A stretch of 64,000 nucleotides of DNA from the human T2T-CHM13v2.0 reference genome, Homo sapiens. A model generated the notes under the pieces. The model had not been told where the DNA came from. It was given only the letters and a program-made list of their open reading frames with translations, and did no database searches. Every line of letters starts with the position of its first letter. Position 1 is the stretch's first letter. A program made the translations under genes and the position numbers. The stretch lies in NCBI RefSeq assembly GCF_009914755.1, contig NC_060930.1; one strand, 5' to 3'. Positions 46,228 to 60,214 of the stretch are shown piece after piece.

Positions 46228-47584
46228 GCTGTATGTATATATATCATATTTCCTTAATGATGGACACTTAGGTTGATTTCATATCTTGGCTATTGTGACT
46301 AGTGCTGCAATAAACATGAGAATGTAGATATCTCTTCAACATACTGATTTTGTTTCCTTTGGATATGTCCCCAGTCATAGGATTGTTAGATCATATGGTA
46401 GCTCTATTTTTTATTTTTGAGGAACCTCAATGTTGTTTTTTATAATGGCTTTAATAATTTACATTCCCATCAACAGTGTACAAGAGTTCACTTTTTAAAT
46501 ATTCTCTCCAATACTTGTTATCTTTTTTTTTTTATCATAGCCATTCTAAACAGTGTGAGGTGATATTTCATTGTGGTTTTACTTTGCATTTCCATGATGA
46601 TTAGTGATGTTGATGTTTTTTTTTCATATACCTATTAGCCATTTGAATGTCTTATTTTGAGAAATATTTGCTCAAGTCCTCTGTCCATTTTTTAATTGGG
46701 TTATTTGTTTTCTTGCTATTGAGTTGTTTGAGTTCATTAAATATTTTAGACCACAATCCCTTATCAGATATATGGTTTGCAATCATTTTCTCTCATTTTG
46801 TAGGTTGTCTCTTCACTCTGTTAATTGTTTGCTGTGCAGAAACTTTTTAGTTTGTAATACAGCTTGTCTATTTTTGCTTTTATTGCCTGTGCTGTTGGAG
46901 TCATTTCCAAAAAATCATTGCCCAAAGCAATGTCATGGAGCTTTCCCCCATGTTTTCTCCTAGTAGATTTACACTTTCAAGTCTTACATTTAAGTCTTTA
47001 ATCCATTTTGATTTTTGTGTATGGTGTGAGATAAAGGTCTAATTTTATTCTGCATGTGGATGTAAAGTTTTTTCAACATGATTTGCTGAGAAGAGTGTCC
47101 TTCTCCCATGTGCTCTTGGCATTTTTGTCAAAAATTAATTGACCATAAATGCATGGATTTATTTCTTGGCTGTCTATCTGTTTCACTGGTCTATGTATCT
47201 GCTTTTATGCTAGTACAATGCTGTTTTGATTACTATAGCTTTGTAATATATTTTGAAATAATCTATTGTGATGCCTCCAGCATTGTTAGCTAGAAAAAAA
47301 AATACAACACTTGAAAATACGTTTATCCAAGGAAGTGAAAGAGCTATACACCAAAAACTAGGACACTGATGAAAGAAATGGAAGAAAACACGAATAAATG
47401 GAAAGGTAGATCATGTTCATGGATTGGAAGAATTAATGTCAAAATGTCCAACTGCCCAAGCATTCTGCAGATTCAGTGAATCCCTATCAAAATTTCCATA
47501 ACATTTTTTCACAGATACAGAAAAACAATACAAAATTTCATATGGAATCACAAAAGACACTAAATATCCAAAGAAATCTTGAGC
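46228..47584 (-). mobile_element. 5'-inverted L1MA: antisense ~46228-47287, inverted sense part ~47292-47584
   Basis: L1 ORF2 C-terminal sequence switches strand at ~47288. Confidence 0.85.
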
Positions 47585-49494
47585 CTAAAAGTGGTTTTCA
47601 ACTTATAAACAAAATGTGTTTTTTATAATTTATAATTTTTTTATAGGTAATTTATAATTTTTCTCTTCTTTGGACAATGTGTTTTGTGTTTTAGGTTTGC
47701 ACATGGTTATACAGTCTAGGTCATTCATCATTGACTACTCATTCCACACACATATTTTTGAGAGTATTCTATCTAGTGCTATCTCTGCTGAGAAAATGGT
47801 AGTAAAGTCTTCTAGAAAGATGAAAAGGAATATACCAAAGGGGAAGGCAGACATGAGATTACTGTTAGATGAGCACCCCCAACCCCATGCTCCACTCTCT
47901 GGCTGAGCCCTCCACTTTGACACTGGGTCCTGTCTACTCTTGCCTGCTCAAAACCATCACTTTAGTACCTCTCCCTTTTTACTTCACCATCATGACTGCT
48001 TCTCTATTGGGTCATATACATTGGCATATAAACATAGTTTTTGTACTTCCCGTCTTAAAAGAAACACTTTCTCTTTTAAACAGAAAGTTTAAAAGAGAAA
48101 AGAAACACTTTTCTCTTTTTTAAAAAAAGCGTCTTAAAAGAAACAAGATGCTACAAACAGTGATTGATCTAAAGTAAACCCTAAATTATTTTTAAGCATT
48201 ATTGTGTTTTTCTATCCCTTTTCTTTAACTGTCTTCTCCTCCAGTACCTCTCTTTCAGCCCTGGACTTGCTCTGTCCAGCCCGCGTTTTATTCTGATCTG
48301 CCAGTGCATTCACTCCTCCAAGGAGAATAGCCTTCTCCACCCACCACCCTACAAATCCATTGCTAGGGAAAAGAGAACAGAAAATTTCTCTTCTTCCTTG
48401 TCAAAATAAATGAGATGTCTCTCTTAAAAGATGACAACTCAGGAAGATTATTAAATTATATCTAGTAAACTGCCTTCTATCCCCTACCTCTCCGAATCTG
48501 TCACAATGGCCAGTCCTCAACAGGCACTAAAAAATAATTTGGAGCGGATTGATTCCATAGCTGCTATCGGCTGCTACAGGGATTTTCACTTCTAATCAAC
48601 CTCGAACTGCTTGGAACTGCATATTCCCCCTTCCAGCAGTTCATACGGGGAAGAATGGGAGTGAACAATCTTTCTTCTCCCTGTCAACTCTATTTCACTC
48701 TAAATCAGGGAATTGTATGCCTTCATGAACCTATTTCTGTCCCATCCCCAAGAGCAACAGAATCCATCACAGCTGCAGCCTAGAAGGGGAAGTGTCCTGA
48801 GTACAAACAGCTGCCTTCCCTGCTAGCACCAGGAGAAAAGCAGAGCAATTTATAGAGCTACACTTGGTCAGAGCAGAGATTTAGTAATTCCCTTGAGCCC
48901 AAGAGACCCTTTTTGCCTCCCTTTTTTCATCCCACAACGCTGTTTCTCTGATTCTTTAGCTCCACAGCAGTCTGAGGCACACTGGGTGATGCCTCTGCTA
49001 CCCTAAGGGTTTTCTTTCTCCCCAGACTCTTGGGGTCAAAGATATCCTTTTGGGAATTCTTGACAATGACAAAAAACATCCGACAACTGAAAATCACTTT
49101 CTAGTTCTGACCTCTCATTCTTGAAGAAGGAAGAGTGGCATTATTTTTCTCCATACCTGACATCTCTGCTGGGAATACATTGTCCAGGATGTCTGAGCCC
49201 TCTTATTGCTTTCCTGTAGGGCGCCTTGGAATGAAGCAAGCCACTGGCAGTAAGACTGTCACATGCTAACCCTGTTCACCTCCCCGGTACCCCATTACTC
49301 CCAAGCCTGAACTCTCTGCCAGGTCATGTCATGCATGAGATCTGATTCCAGCCTGTTCTCTAATGGCATCAATGTCCCAAAGTCCTTGGTTGACTAACCA
49401 ATGAATTAAGCATCTAGTATACCCAAACATGTCCTAGATACTGAGAATATGGAACAGACTTGATACTTGGGTTACTTTCTTTTGCTCTCAAGAA

Positions 49495-50852
49495 GCTTAT
49501 TTTAAAAATTTTTATTATAAAATAATTCAAATAGTCAAAAAGTACAGCAATTATAACACTAAGGAGATATAAACATCAACATTTGCCAAGGTTTTGAAGA
49601 CTTTACATTGGTAGAAAAGAAAATGTTATCAACAGAGTTGAGGACACCTCTGCCAACCTCTAAATTTCCCTGTCTCCCTCTTTCCTTTCTTCCTTCTTTC
49701 CTCCCTCCATTTTTTCCCCAAAGGTAACTACTAGCCTAGTTACCTAGTGGCCATGTATTCATAAAAAGTAGCATTTTTATTAAAAAAAAATACACTAAAA
49801 TGGTATTATACTTGATATGTCCTCTTGGATGTTACATTTTCCATTCAAAATAATGTTTTTGACATTTATTCAAGTCAATACATGTAGAACCAATTCAATG
49901 TATTCTATCAGTTGAATGTTATTTTGTTATGTGAGTTTATCATAATTTATCTTTTTTGATTTTGATGATTATGTGTACTCACTTCAGGGTTTTTGTTATT
50001 ATAGTTCTGCAGTGAGCATTCATGTATGTGTTTCCTTGCTTACGTGTGTGAGAATTTCTCTAGGGCAATGTTTTGCAACTTTATTTTGACAAGGATCCGC
50101 ATGTAGACATTTTATATCATCATGACAAGTCCAGGTGCAAACACATATAAACACATACATAGTCATTCAACTGAAACAAACCCAAGATATATTCTCATAT
50201 TATTCTATTCTATTCCTTTTCTGTTCTATTCTGTATGCTATTTCTTGTTATATTCTACTCTCTTCTACTCCTTGTTAAATTCAGGGACTGACATACTGAG
50301 TTGTCAGGATGTCAGTTGTCAACTGAACAATGAGTCAGGATCTAGGGTTTGAAAAACACTAACTTAATGTATAAATCCAGGAGCAGAATTGCTGTGTCTA
50401 AGAGTATGAGCATTTCAACTTCATTGTATGTTGCCAAGTTGCTCTCTTCATAGCAAGATGTACCCATTTTAGAGATATTAAAATATAAAATATGTGCATT
50501 TTATAATCTAGGTTATGCAATATTCTGGATACAAGTTTTTCGTTCATTGTGTGAATTTCTATTTTTAAAATTTGTCCTTTAACTTTCTTTATGTATATTT
50601 TATCATGTGGAAGTTTTTAATTTTGGAGTAGTCAAATGTGTAAAAATGTTTCATATAGCTAATTTAGGCTTTAAGATATTCCTACTTGATGTCATAAAAA
50701 TAGTCTCCTACATCTCTTTCTGAAAATTCTGCAGTTTTGACTTTTGGCCACAGACTTTTAATCTATCTGGGGTTGGTATTTTGTTATTGTGTGAGATAGG
50801 TATTAATGGATATCCTCAAGTATCCAAATATTTTTTTGAGTGACCCATTCTT
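49495..50852 (-). mobile_element. Degraded L1ME (continues after 57827) with a probable hAT-type MITE at ~50065-50360
   Basis: Old antisense L1 phrases. TIR-like CAATGTTTTGCAAC / GTTTGAAAAACACTA. Confidence 0.5.
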
Positions 50853-51275
50853 TCCACATTGGAGTTTTTTGTTTGTTTGTTTGTTTTAAAATTTGTTATT
50901 TCCATAGGTTATTGGGGAATCGGTGGTGTTTGGTTACATGAGTAAGTTATTTAGTAGTGATTTGTGAGATTTTGGTATACCCATCATCACACGAGGAGTA
51001 TACACTGCACCCAGTTTGTAGTCTTTTACCCCTCACGCACTTCCCATTCTTTCCCCGAGTCCCCAAAGTCCATCGTGTCATTCTTATGCCCTTGCATCCT
51101 CATAGCTTAGCTCCCACTTATGAGGGAGAACATACAATGTTTGGTTTTCCATTCCTGAGTTACTTCACTTAGAATAATAGTCTCCAATCTCATCCAGGTT
51201 GCTGTGAATGCCATAAATTCATTCCTTTTTATGGCTGAGTAGTATTCCATCATATATAATATATATATATATGTA

Positions 51276-51320
<45 letters not shown>

Positions 51321-52673
51321 CTCTTACATATATATCACAGTTTCTTTATCCACTCGTTGACTGATGGACATTTGGGTTGGTTTCACAGTTTTGCAATTGT
51401 GAATCATGCTGCTATAAACATGCATGTGCAAGTGTGTTTTTCCTATAATGATTTCTTTTCCTCTGGGTAGATACCCGGTAGTGAGATTGCTAAATCAAAT
51501 GGTACTTCTACTCTTAGTTCTTTAAAGAATCTCCACACTGTTTTTCATAGTGGTTGTACTGGTTTACATGCCCACCAGCAGTGTAGAAGTGTTCCCTGTT
51601 CACCGTATCCATGCCAATATTTACTATTTTTTGATTTTTTGATTATGGCCGTTCTTGCAGGAGTGAGGTAGTATTGCATTGTGGTTTTGATTCGCATTTC
51701 CCTGATCATTAGTGATATTGAGCATTTTTTATTTGTTTGTTGGCCCTGTGTATATCTTCTTTTGAGAATTGTCTATGCATGTATTTGGCCCACTTTTTGA
51801 TGGGATTGTTTGTTTTTTTCTTGCTAACATGTTTGGGTTCGTTATAGATTCTGGATATTTGTCCTATGTTAGACGTATAGATTGTGAAGATTTTCTCCCA
51901 CTCTGTGGGTTGTCTGTTTACCCTGCTGACTATTCCTTTTGTTCTGCAAAATCTCTTTAGTTTAATTAAGTCCCAGCTATTTATCTTTGTTTTTATTGCA
52001 TTTACTTTTGGGTTCTTGGTCATGAAATCCTTGCCTAAGCCAATGTCTATAAGGGTTTTTCCAATGTTAACTTCTAGAATTTTTATAGCTTCAGGTCTTA
52101 AATTTAAGTCCTTAATCCATCTTGAGTTAGTTTTCGTATAAGATGAGTGATGAGAATCCAGTTTCATTCTCCTACATGTGGCTTGCCAATTATCCCAACA
52201 CCATTTGTTGAATATGGTGTCCTTTCCTCACTGTATGTTTTTGTTTGCTTTGTTGAAGATCAGTTGGCTGTAAATATTTGGGTTTACTTCTGGGTTCTCT
52301 ATTCTGTTCCATTGGTCTATGTGCCTATTTTTATACCAGTACCATGCTGTTTTGGTGATTATGGCCTTCTAATACAGTTTGAAATCAGGTAATGTGCTGT
52401 CTCTAGATTTGTTCTTTTTGCTTAGTCTTGCTTTGGCTATGTAGGCTCTTTTTTGGTTCCATATGAATTTTAGGATTGTTTTTACTAATTCTGTGGTGAA
52501 TTATGGTGATATTTTGATGAGAATAGCATCGAATTTGTAGATTGCTTTTGGCAGTATGGTCATTTTCACAATATTGATTCTACTCATCCAAGAGAATGGG
52601 ATGTGTTTCCACTTGTTTGTGTTGTCTGTGATTTCTTTCAGCAGTGTTTTGTAGTTTTCCTTGTAGAGGTCTT

Positions 52674-53426
52674 TCATCTCTTTGGTTGGGTATATTCCAA
52701 AGTTTTGTTTTTTGGGGGTATTTTGTTTGTTTGTTTTGTTTTTGCAGCTATTGTAAAACGTGTTGAGTTCTTGATTTGATTCTCAACTTGGTCACTGTTG
52801 GTATATAGAAGAGCCACTGATTTGTGTACATTAATTTTGTACCTGGAAACTTTGCTGAATTCTTTTATCAGTTCTAAGAGTTTTCTGGAGGAGTCTTTAG
52901 GGTTTTCTAGACAAACAATCATATCATCAGCAAACAGCAACAATTTGACTTTCTCTTTGCCAATTTGGATGCCTTTTATTTCTTTCTCTTGTCTGATTGC
53001 TCTGTCTAGAACTTCCAGTACTATGTTGAAGAGGAGTGGTAAGAGGGGGCATCCTTGTCTTGTTCCAGTCCTCAGAAGGAGTACTTTCAACTTTTCCTCA
53101 TTCAGTATTATGTTGTCTGTGGGTGTGTCATAAATGGCTTTTATTACATTGAGGTATGTCCCTTGCATGCCAACTTTGCTGAGAGTTTTAATTATAAAGG
53201 GATGCTGGATTTTGTTGAATGATATTTCTGCATCTATTGAGATGATCATGTGATTTTTGTTTTTAGTTCTGTTTATGTGGCATATCACATTTATTGAGTT
53301 GCATATGTTAAACCATCCCTGCATCCCTTTTATGAAACCCACTTCATCATGGTGGATTATCTTTTTGATATGTGGTTGAATTTGGTTAGCTAGTATTTTG
53401 TTAAGGATTTTAGCATCTATATTCAT
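52674..53426 (-). pseudogene. L1 ORF2 reverse-transcriptase remnant (250 aa open segment)
   Basis: [18 protein letters not shown] and LFADDMIV motifs. Flanked by frameshifts and stops. Confidence 0.92.
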
Positions 53427-54193
53427 CAGGGATATTGGTCTGTAGTTTTCTTTTTTGGCATGTCCTTTCCTGGTTTTGGTATTAGGATGATACTGGCTTC
53501 ATAGAATGATTTAGGGAGGGTTCCCTCTTTCTCTATCTTGTGGAATAGTGTCAATAGGATTACTACCAATTCTTCTTTGTATGTCTGGTAGAATTCTGCT
53601 GTGAATCCATCTGTCTGGACTTCTTTTTGTTGGTAATTTTTAAATTACCATTTCAATGTTGTCGCTTGTTGTTGGTCTGTTCAGGGTATCTAATTCTTCT
53701 TGATTTAAGCTGGAGAGTTGTATCTTTCCAGGAATTTATCCAGCTCCTCTAGGTTTTCTAATTTATGCACATAAAGGTGTTCATAGTATCCTTGGATGAT
53801 TTTTTGTATTTCTGTGGTGTCAGTTGTAATATCTCCTGTTTCATTTCTAATTGAGCATATTTGGATTTTCTCTCATCTTTTCCTGGTTAATCTTGCTAAT
53901 GGTCTACCAATTTTATATATCTTTCCAAAGAACCAGCTTCTTGTTTCATTTACCTTTTGTATTTTTTGTTTCAATTTCATTTAATTCTGCTCATATCTTT
54001 CTTATTTCCTTTCTTCTGCTGGGTTTGGGTTTGGTTTGTTCTTGTTTTTTTACTTCCTTGAGGTGTGACCTTATATTGTCTGTGCTCTTTCAGACTTATT
54101 AATGTAGGTGTTTAGGGCTATGAACTTTCCTCTTAGCACTGCCTTTGCTGTATCACAGAGGTTTTGATAGGTTGTGTTACTATTGTCATTCAG

Positions 54194-55008
54194 TTAGAAG
54201 AATTTTTTGATTTCTATCTTGATTTCATTTTTGACCCAATGATCATTCAGGAGCAGGTTATTCAATTTCCATGTATTTGCATGGTTTTCAAGGTTCCTTT
54301 TGGAGTTAATTTCCAGTTTTATTCCACTGTGGTCTGAGAGAGTGCTTGACATAATTTCAATTTTCTTAAATTTATTGAGGCTCGTTTTGTGGCCTATCAT
54401 ATGGTCTATCTTGGAGAAAGTTTCACTTGCTGTTGGATAGAATGTATATTCTGTGGTTGTTGGGTGGAATGTTCTGTGTATATCTGTTAAGTACATTTGT
54501 TCCAGGGTATAGTTTAAATCCATTGGTTTTTTGTTGACTTTCTGTCTTGATGACTTGTCTAGTGCTGTTAGTGGAGTATTCAAGTCCTCCACTATTATTG
54601 TGTTGCTATCTCATTTTTTAGATCTATTAGTAATCATTTTATAAATCTGGGAGCTCCAGTGTTAGGTGCATATATGTTTAGGATTGTAATATTTTCCTGT
54701 TGGAGAAGGCCTTTTATCATTGTATAGTGTCCCTCTTTGTCTTTTTAAACTGCTATTTCTCTAAAGTTTGTTTTGTCTGATATAAGAATAGTGACTCCTG
54801 CTCACTTTTGGTGTCCATTTGCATGAATTGTCTTTTTCCACCCCTTTACCTTAAGTGAGTCCTTATGTTTTAGGTGAGTCTCTTGAAGGCAGCAGATAGT
54901 TGGTTGGTGAATTCTTACCCATTCTGCAATTCTGTATCTTTTAAGTGGCGCATTTAGACCATTTACATTCAATATTAGTATTGAGATGTGGGGTACCATT
55001 CCATTCAT
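54194..55008 (-). pseudogene. L1 ORF2 endonuclease remnant (fragmented)
   Basis: [30 protein letters not shown] and [10 protein letters not shown] motifs in broken frames. Confidence 0.9.
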
Positions 55009-55091
55009 TTGTTGCTGTTTGTTGCCTGTATACCTTGGTTTTTTGCTTTTGTTTTTTTGAATGTATTTTTGTTTTATAGGTCCTGTGAGAG

Positions 55092-56441
55092 TTATGCTTT
55101 AAAGGGGTTCTGTTTTAATGTGTTTCCAGGATTTGTTTCAAGATTTAGAGCTCCTCTTAGCAGTTCTTGTAGTGGTGGCTTGGTAGTGGTGAATTCTCTC
55201 AGCATTTGTTTGCCTGAAAAAGACTGTATCTTTCCTTTATATATGAAGCTTAGTTTCACTGGATACAAAATCCTTGGTTGATAATTGTTTTGTTTGAGGA
55301 TGCTGAAGATAGGGCCCAATCCTTTCTAGCTTGTAGGGTTTCCACTGAGAAATCTGCTGTTAATCCTATAGGTTTTCCTTTATAGGTTACCTGGTGCTTT
55401 TGCCTCACAGCTCTTAAGATTCTTTCTTTCATCTTAAGTTTAGTTAACTTGATGACAATGTGCATAGGGGATGATCTTTTTGCGATGCATTTCCCAAGTG
55501 TTCTTTGAGCTTCTTATATTTGAATGTCTAGATGTCTAGCAAGGCGGGGGATGTTTTCCTCGATTATTCCCCCAAATGTTTTCCAAATTTTTAGATTTCT
55601 CTTCTTCCTCAGGAACACCAATTATTCTTAGGTTTTGTCATTAAACATAATCCCAGACTTCTTGGGGGCTTTGTTCATATTTTCTTTTATTTTTTTTTGA
55701 GACAGAGTCTTGCTCTGTCACCCAGGCTGGAGTGCAGGGGTGTGATCTCGGCTCACTACAACCTCCACCTCCTGGGTTCAAGCGATTCTTCTGACTCAGC
55801 CTCCTGAGTAGCTGGGACTACAGCCATGCACCACCATGCCCAGCTAAATTTTGTATTTTTAATAGAGACAGGGTATTCACCATATTGGCCAGGCTGGTCT
55901 TGGACTCCTGACCTCATGATCCACGAATCTTGGCCTCCCAAAGTGCTCGGATTACAGGGGTGAGCCACCACGCCTGGCCTTTGTTCATATTTTCTTATTC
56001 TTTTTTCTTTGTCTTTGTTGGATTGGGTTAATTCAAAGACCTTGTCTTTGAGCTCTGAAGTTCTTTCTTCTGCTTGTTCAGTTCTATTGCTGAGACTTTC
56101 TGGAGCATTTTGTGTTTCTATAAATGTGTCCATTGTTTCCTGAAGTTTTGATTTTTTTTTAATTTATGCTATCTATTTCATTGAATATTTCTCCCTTCAC
56201 TTATTGTATTATTGTTATTTTTTATTTCCTTAAATTGGGCTTCACCTTTCTCTGGTGCCTCCCTGATTAGCATAATAACTAGCCTCCTGAATTCTTTTTC
56301 AGGTAAATTAGAAATTTCTTCTTCGTTTGGATCCATTGCTGGTGAGCTAGTGTGATTGTTGGGGGGTGTTAAAGAACCTTGTTTTGTCATATTAACAGAG
56401 TTGATTTTCTGGTTCCTTCTCATTTGGGTAGGCTCCGTCAA
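55092..56441 (-). pseudogene. L1 ORF1 remnant (fragmented, Alu-interrupted)
   Basis: [50 protein letters not shown]. Confidence 0.88.
55687..55979 (-). mobile_element. AluSg-like in L1PB ORF1
   Basis: 17-bp TSD TTTGTTCATATTTTCTT (55670-55686, 55980-55996). Confidence 0.93.
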
Positions 56442-58194
56442 AGGGAATATCTAGGGCTGGAGGCTGTTGATCAGATTCTTTTGTCTATGGGGTGTTCCCT
56501 TGATGTAGTACTCTCCCCTTTTTCCTCTTGATGTGGATTCTGGAGAGCTGAGCTGTAATGATTGTTATCTCTCTTCTAGATCTAGCCACCCAGCAAGTCT
56601 AACAGGCTCTGTGCTGGTACTGGGGACTGTCTGCACAGAGTCCTCTGATATGAACCGTCTGTGGGTCCTGCAGCCATGGATACAAGCGCCTGCTCTGGGG
56701 AAAGTGGCAGGGTGATGAAATGGACTCTTTGATGGACCCTAGCTTCAGTGGTTTAATGCCCTATTTTTGTGCTGGTTGGCCTCCTGCCAACACTTTCCAG
56801 ACAGCATCAGCTCTGGTAGTATGGGGAGGAACAGCTGGTGTGGGGGCCCTGGAACTCCCAAGAGTATACGCTGTTTGTCTTCAGTTTCCAGGGTAGGTAG
56901 GGAAGGACCACTGGGTGGGGGCAGGGCTAGGCATGTCTGAGCTCAGACTCTCCTTGGATGGGTCTTGCTGTGGCTGCTGTGGGGGATGGGGGTGAGGTTC
57001 CCAGGTCAACAGCTATGTTCCTAGGAGGATTATGGCTGCCTCTACTGTGTAATGTAGGTCGTCAGGGAAGTGGGGGAAAGCCAGCAGTCACAGGTCTCAC
57101 CCAGTTCCCACACAATCTAAAAGGCTGGTCTCATTCCCACTATGCCCCGACCAACAGCACCAAGACTGTTTCCAAGCAGTGGGTGAGCAGGGCTGAGAAT
57201 GTGCCACAGGCTACCTGACTCCCAGCTGCAAAACCAAGTAGGGCTTTTATTCTTCCCCCTCCTGTGGAGTTTGTACACTGGATTCAAAGCCTCCCCCGAG
57301 TTCTGGCCAGGAGACTTCTCAATCGGTTTAAGTTATTACAAAGTTCAGCTGGAGGTTACCTTCTCCCTCTGGCCTTTTCCCAGTGCCTCTATCCACCGTC
57401 CCCAGGGATTCCAGTGAGGCAAGGCAGAAATGGCTTGCTAAGGGACCCTGAGAGCCAACAGGTCTTTTCCTGCTGCCTTCTTTACCCTGTATTTCACTCT
57501 GCTCTCTAAATTGACTGAGCTCCAGGTAAGATCAGAATCTTCTCCCTTAATCTAGACCTGCAGGTTCCCCAGTCGGGATGTATGTTTGGGGCAGATGATC
57601 TCCCTTTCCCACTTCCACAGTTTGGGCACTCATAGTATTTGGGGTGTCTTCAGGGTCCTACAGGAGCAATCCACTTCCTTCAGAGGATCTGTGGTTCCCT
57701 CAGTTTTCCTAATATATTCCTACAGTCGTTCTGGAGCAAAAGTTCATGAGGCAAGCCTCCACATGCTGCATGTTGTCCGAGTCAGAGCTGCAATCTAGTT
57801 CCGCCTCCTGTCCACCATCATCTCCATCCACATTAGAGTTTTAATACCATTTTTGTCCTGTATCAAGTACTCAAAATATGTGAGTTTGTTTCTTGGAATT
57901 CTTTTTTTTTTTTTTTCAGTTGCAGGGCTTATCCCTGCATAAGCATCACAGTGTTATTTACTAAAGCTTTATTTTAAAAATCTCCTATAGAATTGCATAG
58001 GTTTATCTTGATGACTTATTTTTCTCAAGTTTTTTTAGAATCAGCTTGTCTAATTCCATGAAAAAGTACGGTGAGAATTTGATGGGAATTACATGAATTT
58101 ATAGATCACTTTAAAGAGAATTGTTATATTTTAACCATTTATTCTTTGAATCCATGGATGTAATGTATCTCCTTATGTATTTAACCTTCATTAC

Positions 58195-58705
58195 AAATCT
58201 TAATAATATAGCTTGTACATATTGACATACTGAATGCCGTGGTATGAAGCACTGAGAAAAATACAACCTTATTTCTGTTAGTCTTAACAAAAATGCATAA
58301 CATCAATCCACTCATAAGAAAACATCAGAAAAAATCCAAACTGAGGAAGATTCAACAGAATAACTGATCAACCCTGGCAAAAATGTCATGATCGTGGAAA
58401 GCAAGGTAACGCTGGGGAATGACTCCAAACTTCTAGAGGTAATTATGTCTAACAACGAAATGTCGTGTAAAATCTTCTATAGGAAACTAGAACAGGAAAA
58501 GGACATTAGGAGAAAACTTGTGAAGCTCTAAGATCTTTAGCTGATAGTATCGTACCAATGCTAATGTCCAGGTTTTAATAATCATACTCTGATCATATAA
58601 GAGGTTAACATTTGGGGAGGCTAGGTAAGGAATATAAAGAAACTCTCCATACTATTTTTCAACTTTTCTATAAGTTTAAAATTAGTTCAATATAAAAAAT
58701 TAAAA
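58195..58705 (+). mobile_element. L1MC/ME-like 3' UTR fragment
   Basis: ATCAGAAAAAATCCAAACTGAGG..GGACATTAG..GTTAACATTTGGGGA..CTATTTTTCAACTTTTCT. Confidence 0.65.
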
Positions 58706-60214
58706 CACATAAGTTTGTAAATTGACATCGTTGTGTTAGTTGGGACTTCAACATTTCACTCACAGCATATGTTGTTTGCTGTTGGTTTTAGGTAGGTATT
58801 CTTCAGCTGTTTAAGGGGTTTCTGTCTTATTCATAGTTGGGTAAATGTGTGTGTAGGAGGAGGTGTTTAATCACCTCTAGAGGTTGAATTTAATCCAATA
58901 TTTTTTCTATCTATACCAACTATATTTAAGTACAGTGTTATGTCTTTCCTTTTTAGTTTGCCAATGTGTTAAATTACTACCTTTTCTAATATTAAGTCAC
59001 CTTGTAGTTCCAAAATAAACCCCCTTTGTCATATGTATTTTTAAGGTACATTGCTAGATTTGATGTACTAATGTTTAATGCATTGTTTTTATATCTATGT
59101 TCATCACATGAGATTGCTAATGAGTTTTCTTTACTATAATATTTATTGTTTTGCATGCCTACTCTTTTTTTTTCTGAGTTTCCTTTTATTTCTTAAATTA
59201 TGGCTTTTCTATTGCTAGTGACGCATTCTCTTACCTTTTGTCTTTTTTACCCCCATTTTTCAATACTAGATCACTATGTAAATGTTAGTTGGTGTTATCT
59301 TCTCCAGGACTACCATAACGTTTTAAAGTACCCTTGCCTTCTGGCCTTTACTTTCACTTATGAGAAACTTTGCTGCAAGTCTAATTGCTATTCATTTACA
59401 GGCAATCTGTTCCTTTGCTCAAGTTGTTTTTTAAGATTCATTTTTTGTCTTTGGTGTTCTGCAATCTCCTTATAATGCATCTGGGATACTTAAGAACCAA
59501 TCTGAGGATCATGACCTTTCTTAATTCTAGAAAATTATCAGGCATTATTTTTAAAAATATTGTGTCATCTACACTAATTCTCTTCTTGTTCTCTGCAATT
59601 ATTTTGGATGTATATTGAATTTTTCTACACAGTCTTCCATGCCCCTTATACTGTCTTTAATATGTTTTTTATTCTCTTTATTTGTGCTGCTTTTCTGAGC
59701 ACTTAGACCAGATTCATCTTCCAACATACTGATCTTTCTCTTTAGCTATGTCTAATCTATTGCTTAACCAATTTATTGTGTTAATTTTAATAAGTAAGTA
59801 TGTTTTTTATTTCCACAATATCTACTTTCTCTTTTCCAAGTCCACATTACTGTGGCCGCATCTTTAATTTTATTTTCTATTTCTTCTTATATGTCTTAAA
59901 CACTTCAATTACTATTTTACAGAGCTATTTTTATCATTGCAAACCTTTGGGATATTTTTTATTATTTCAAATGTTTGTTCTTTATTGTTGTACTTGTTCT
60001 TCCTTTTCAAGATAGGTCATTTTTCTGTATGCTTTGTATTTTTTTTATTGTGAGCTTCTCTTCAGGAGGGTGTGTGTGTTTGTGTGTATGTTTTAATTGG
60101 AGTCCCACGTGCCTTGGTTGGTGGAGATTTTTCTAGTGAGAGGTTTCATGTTTGCTTTTATGTGGTACTTTAGGCATTTTACTACTCTGGGACCAAATTT
60201 CATATTCACATCCT

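Larger units (their letters stand above)
50869..57826 (-). mobile_element. Full-length L1PB (L1PBa-type 5' end), dead
   Basis: 5' end (reverse complement) ATGGTGGACAGGAGGCGGAACTAGATTGCAGCTC. ORF1, EN, RT and C-terminal remnants are in order. L1PB 3' end. 16-bp TSD TCCACATT(G/A)GAGTTTT (50853-50868, 57827-57842). Confidence 0.93.

Noticed and set aside
51709-56441. RT and endonuclease ORFs as a novel retroelement system
   Set aside because: Standard L1 ORF1/ORF2, fragmented by stops, frameshifts and an Alu.
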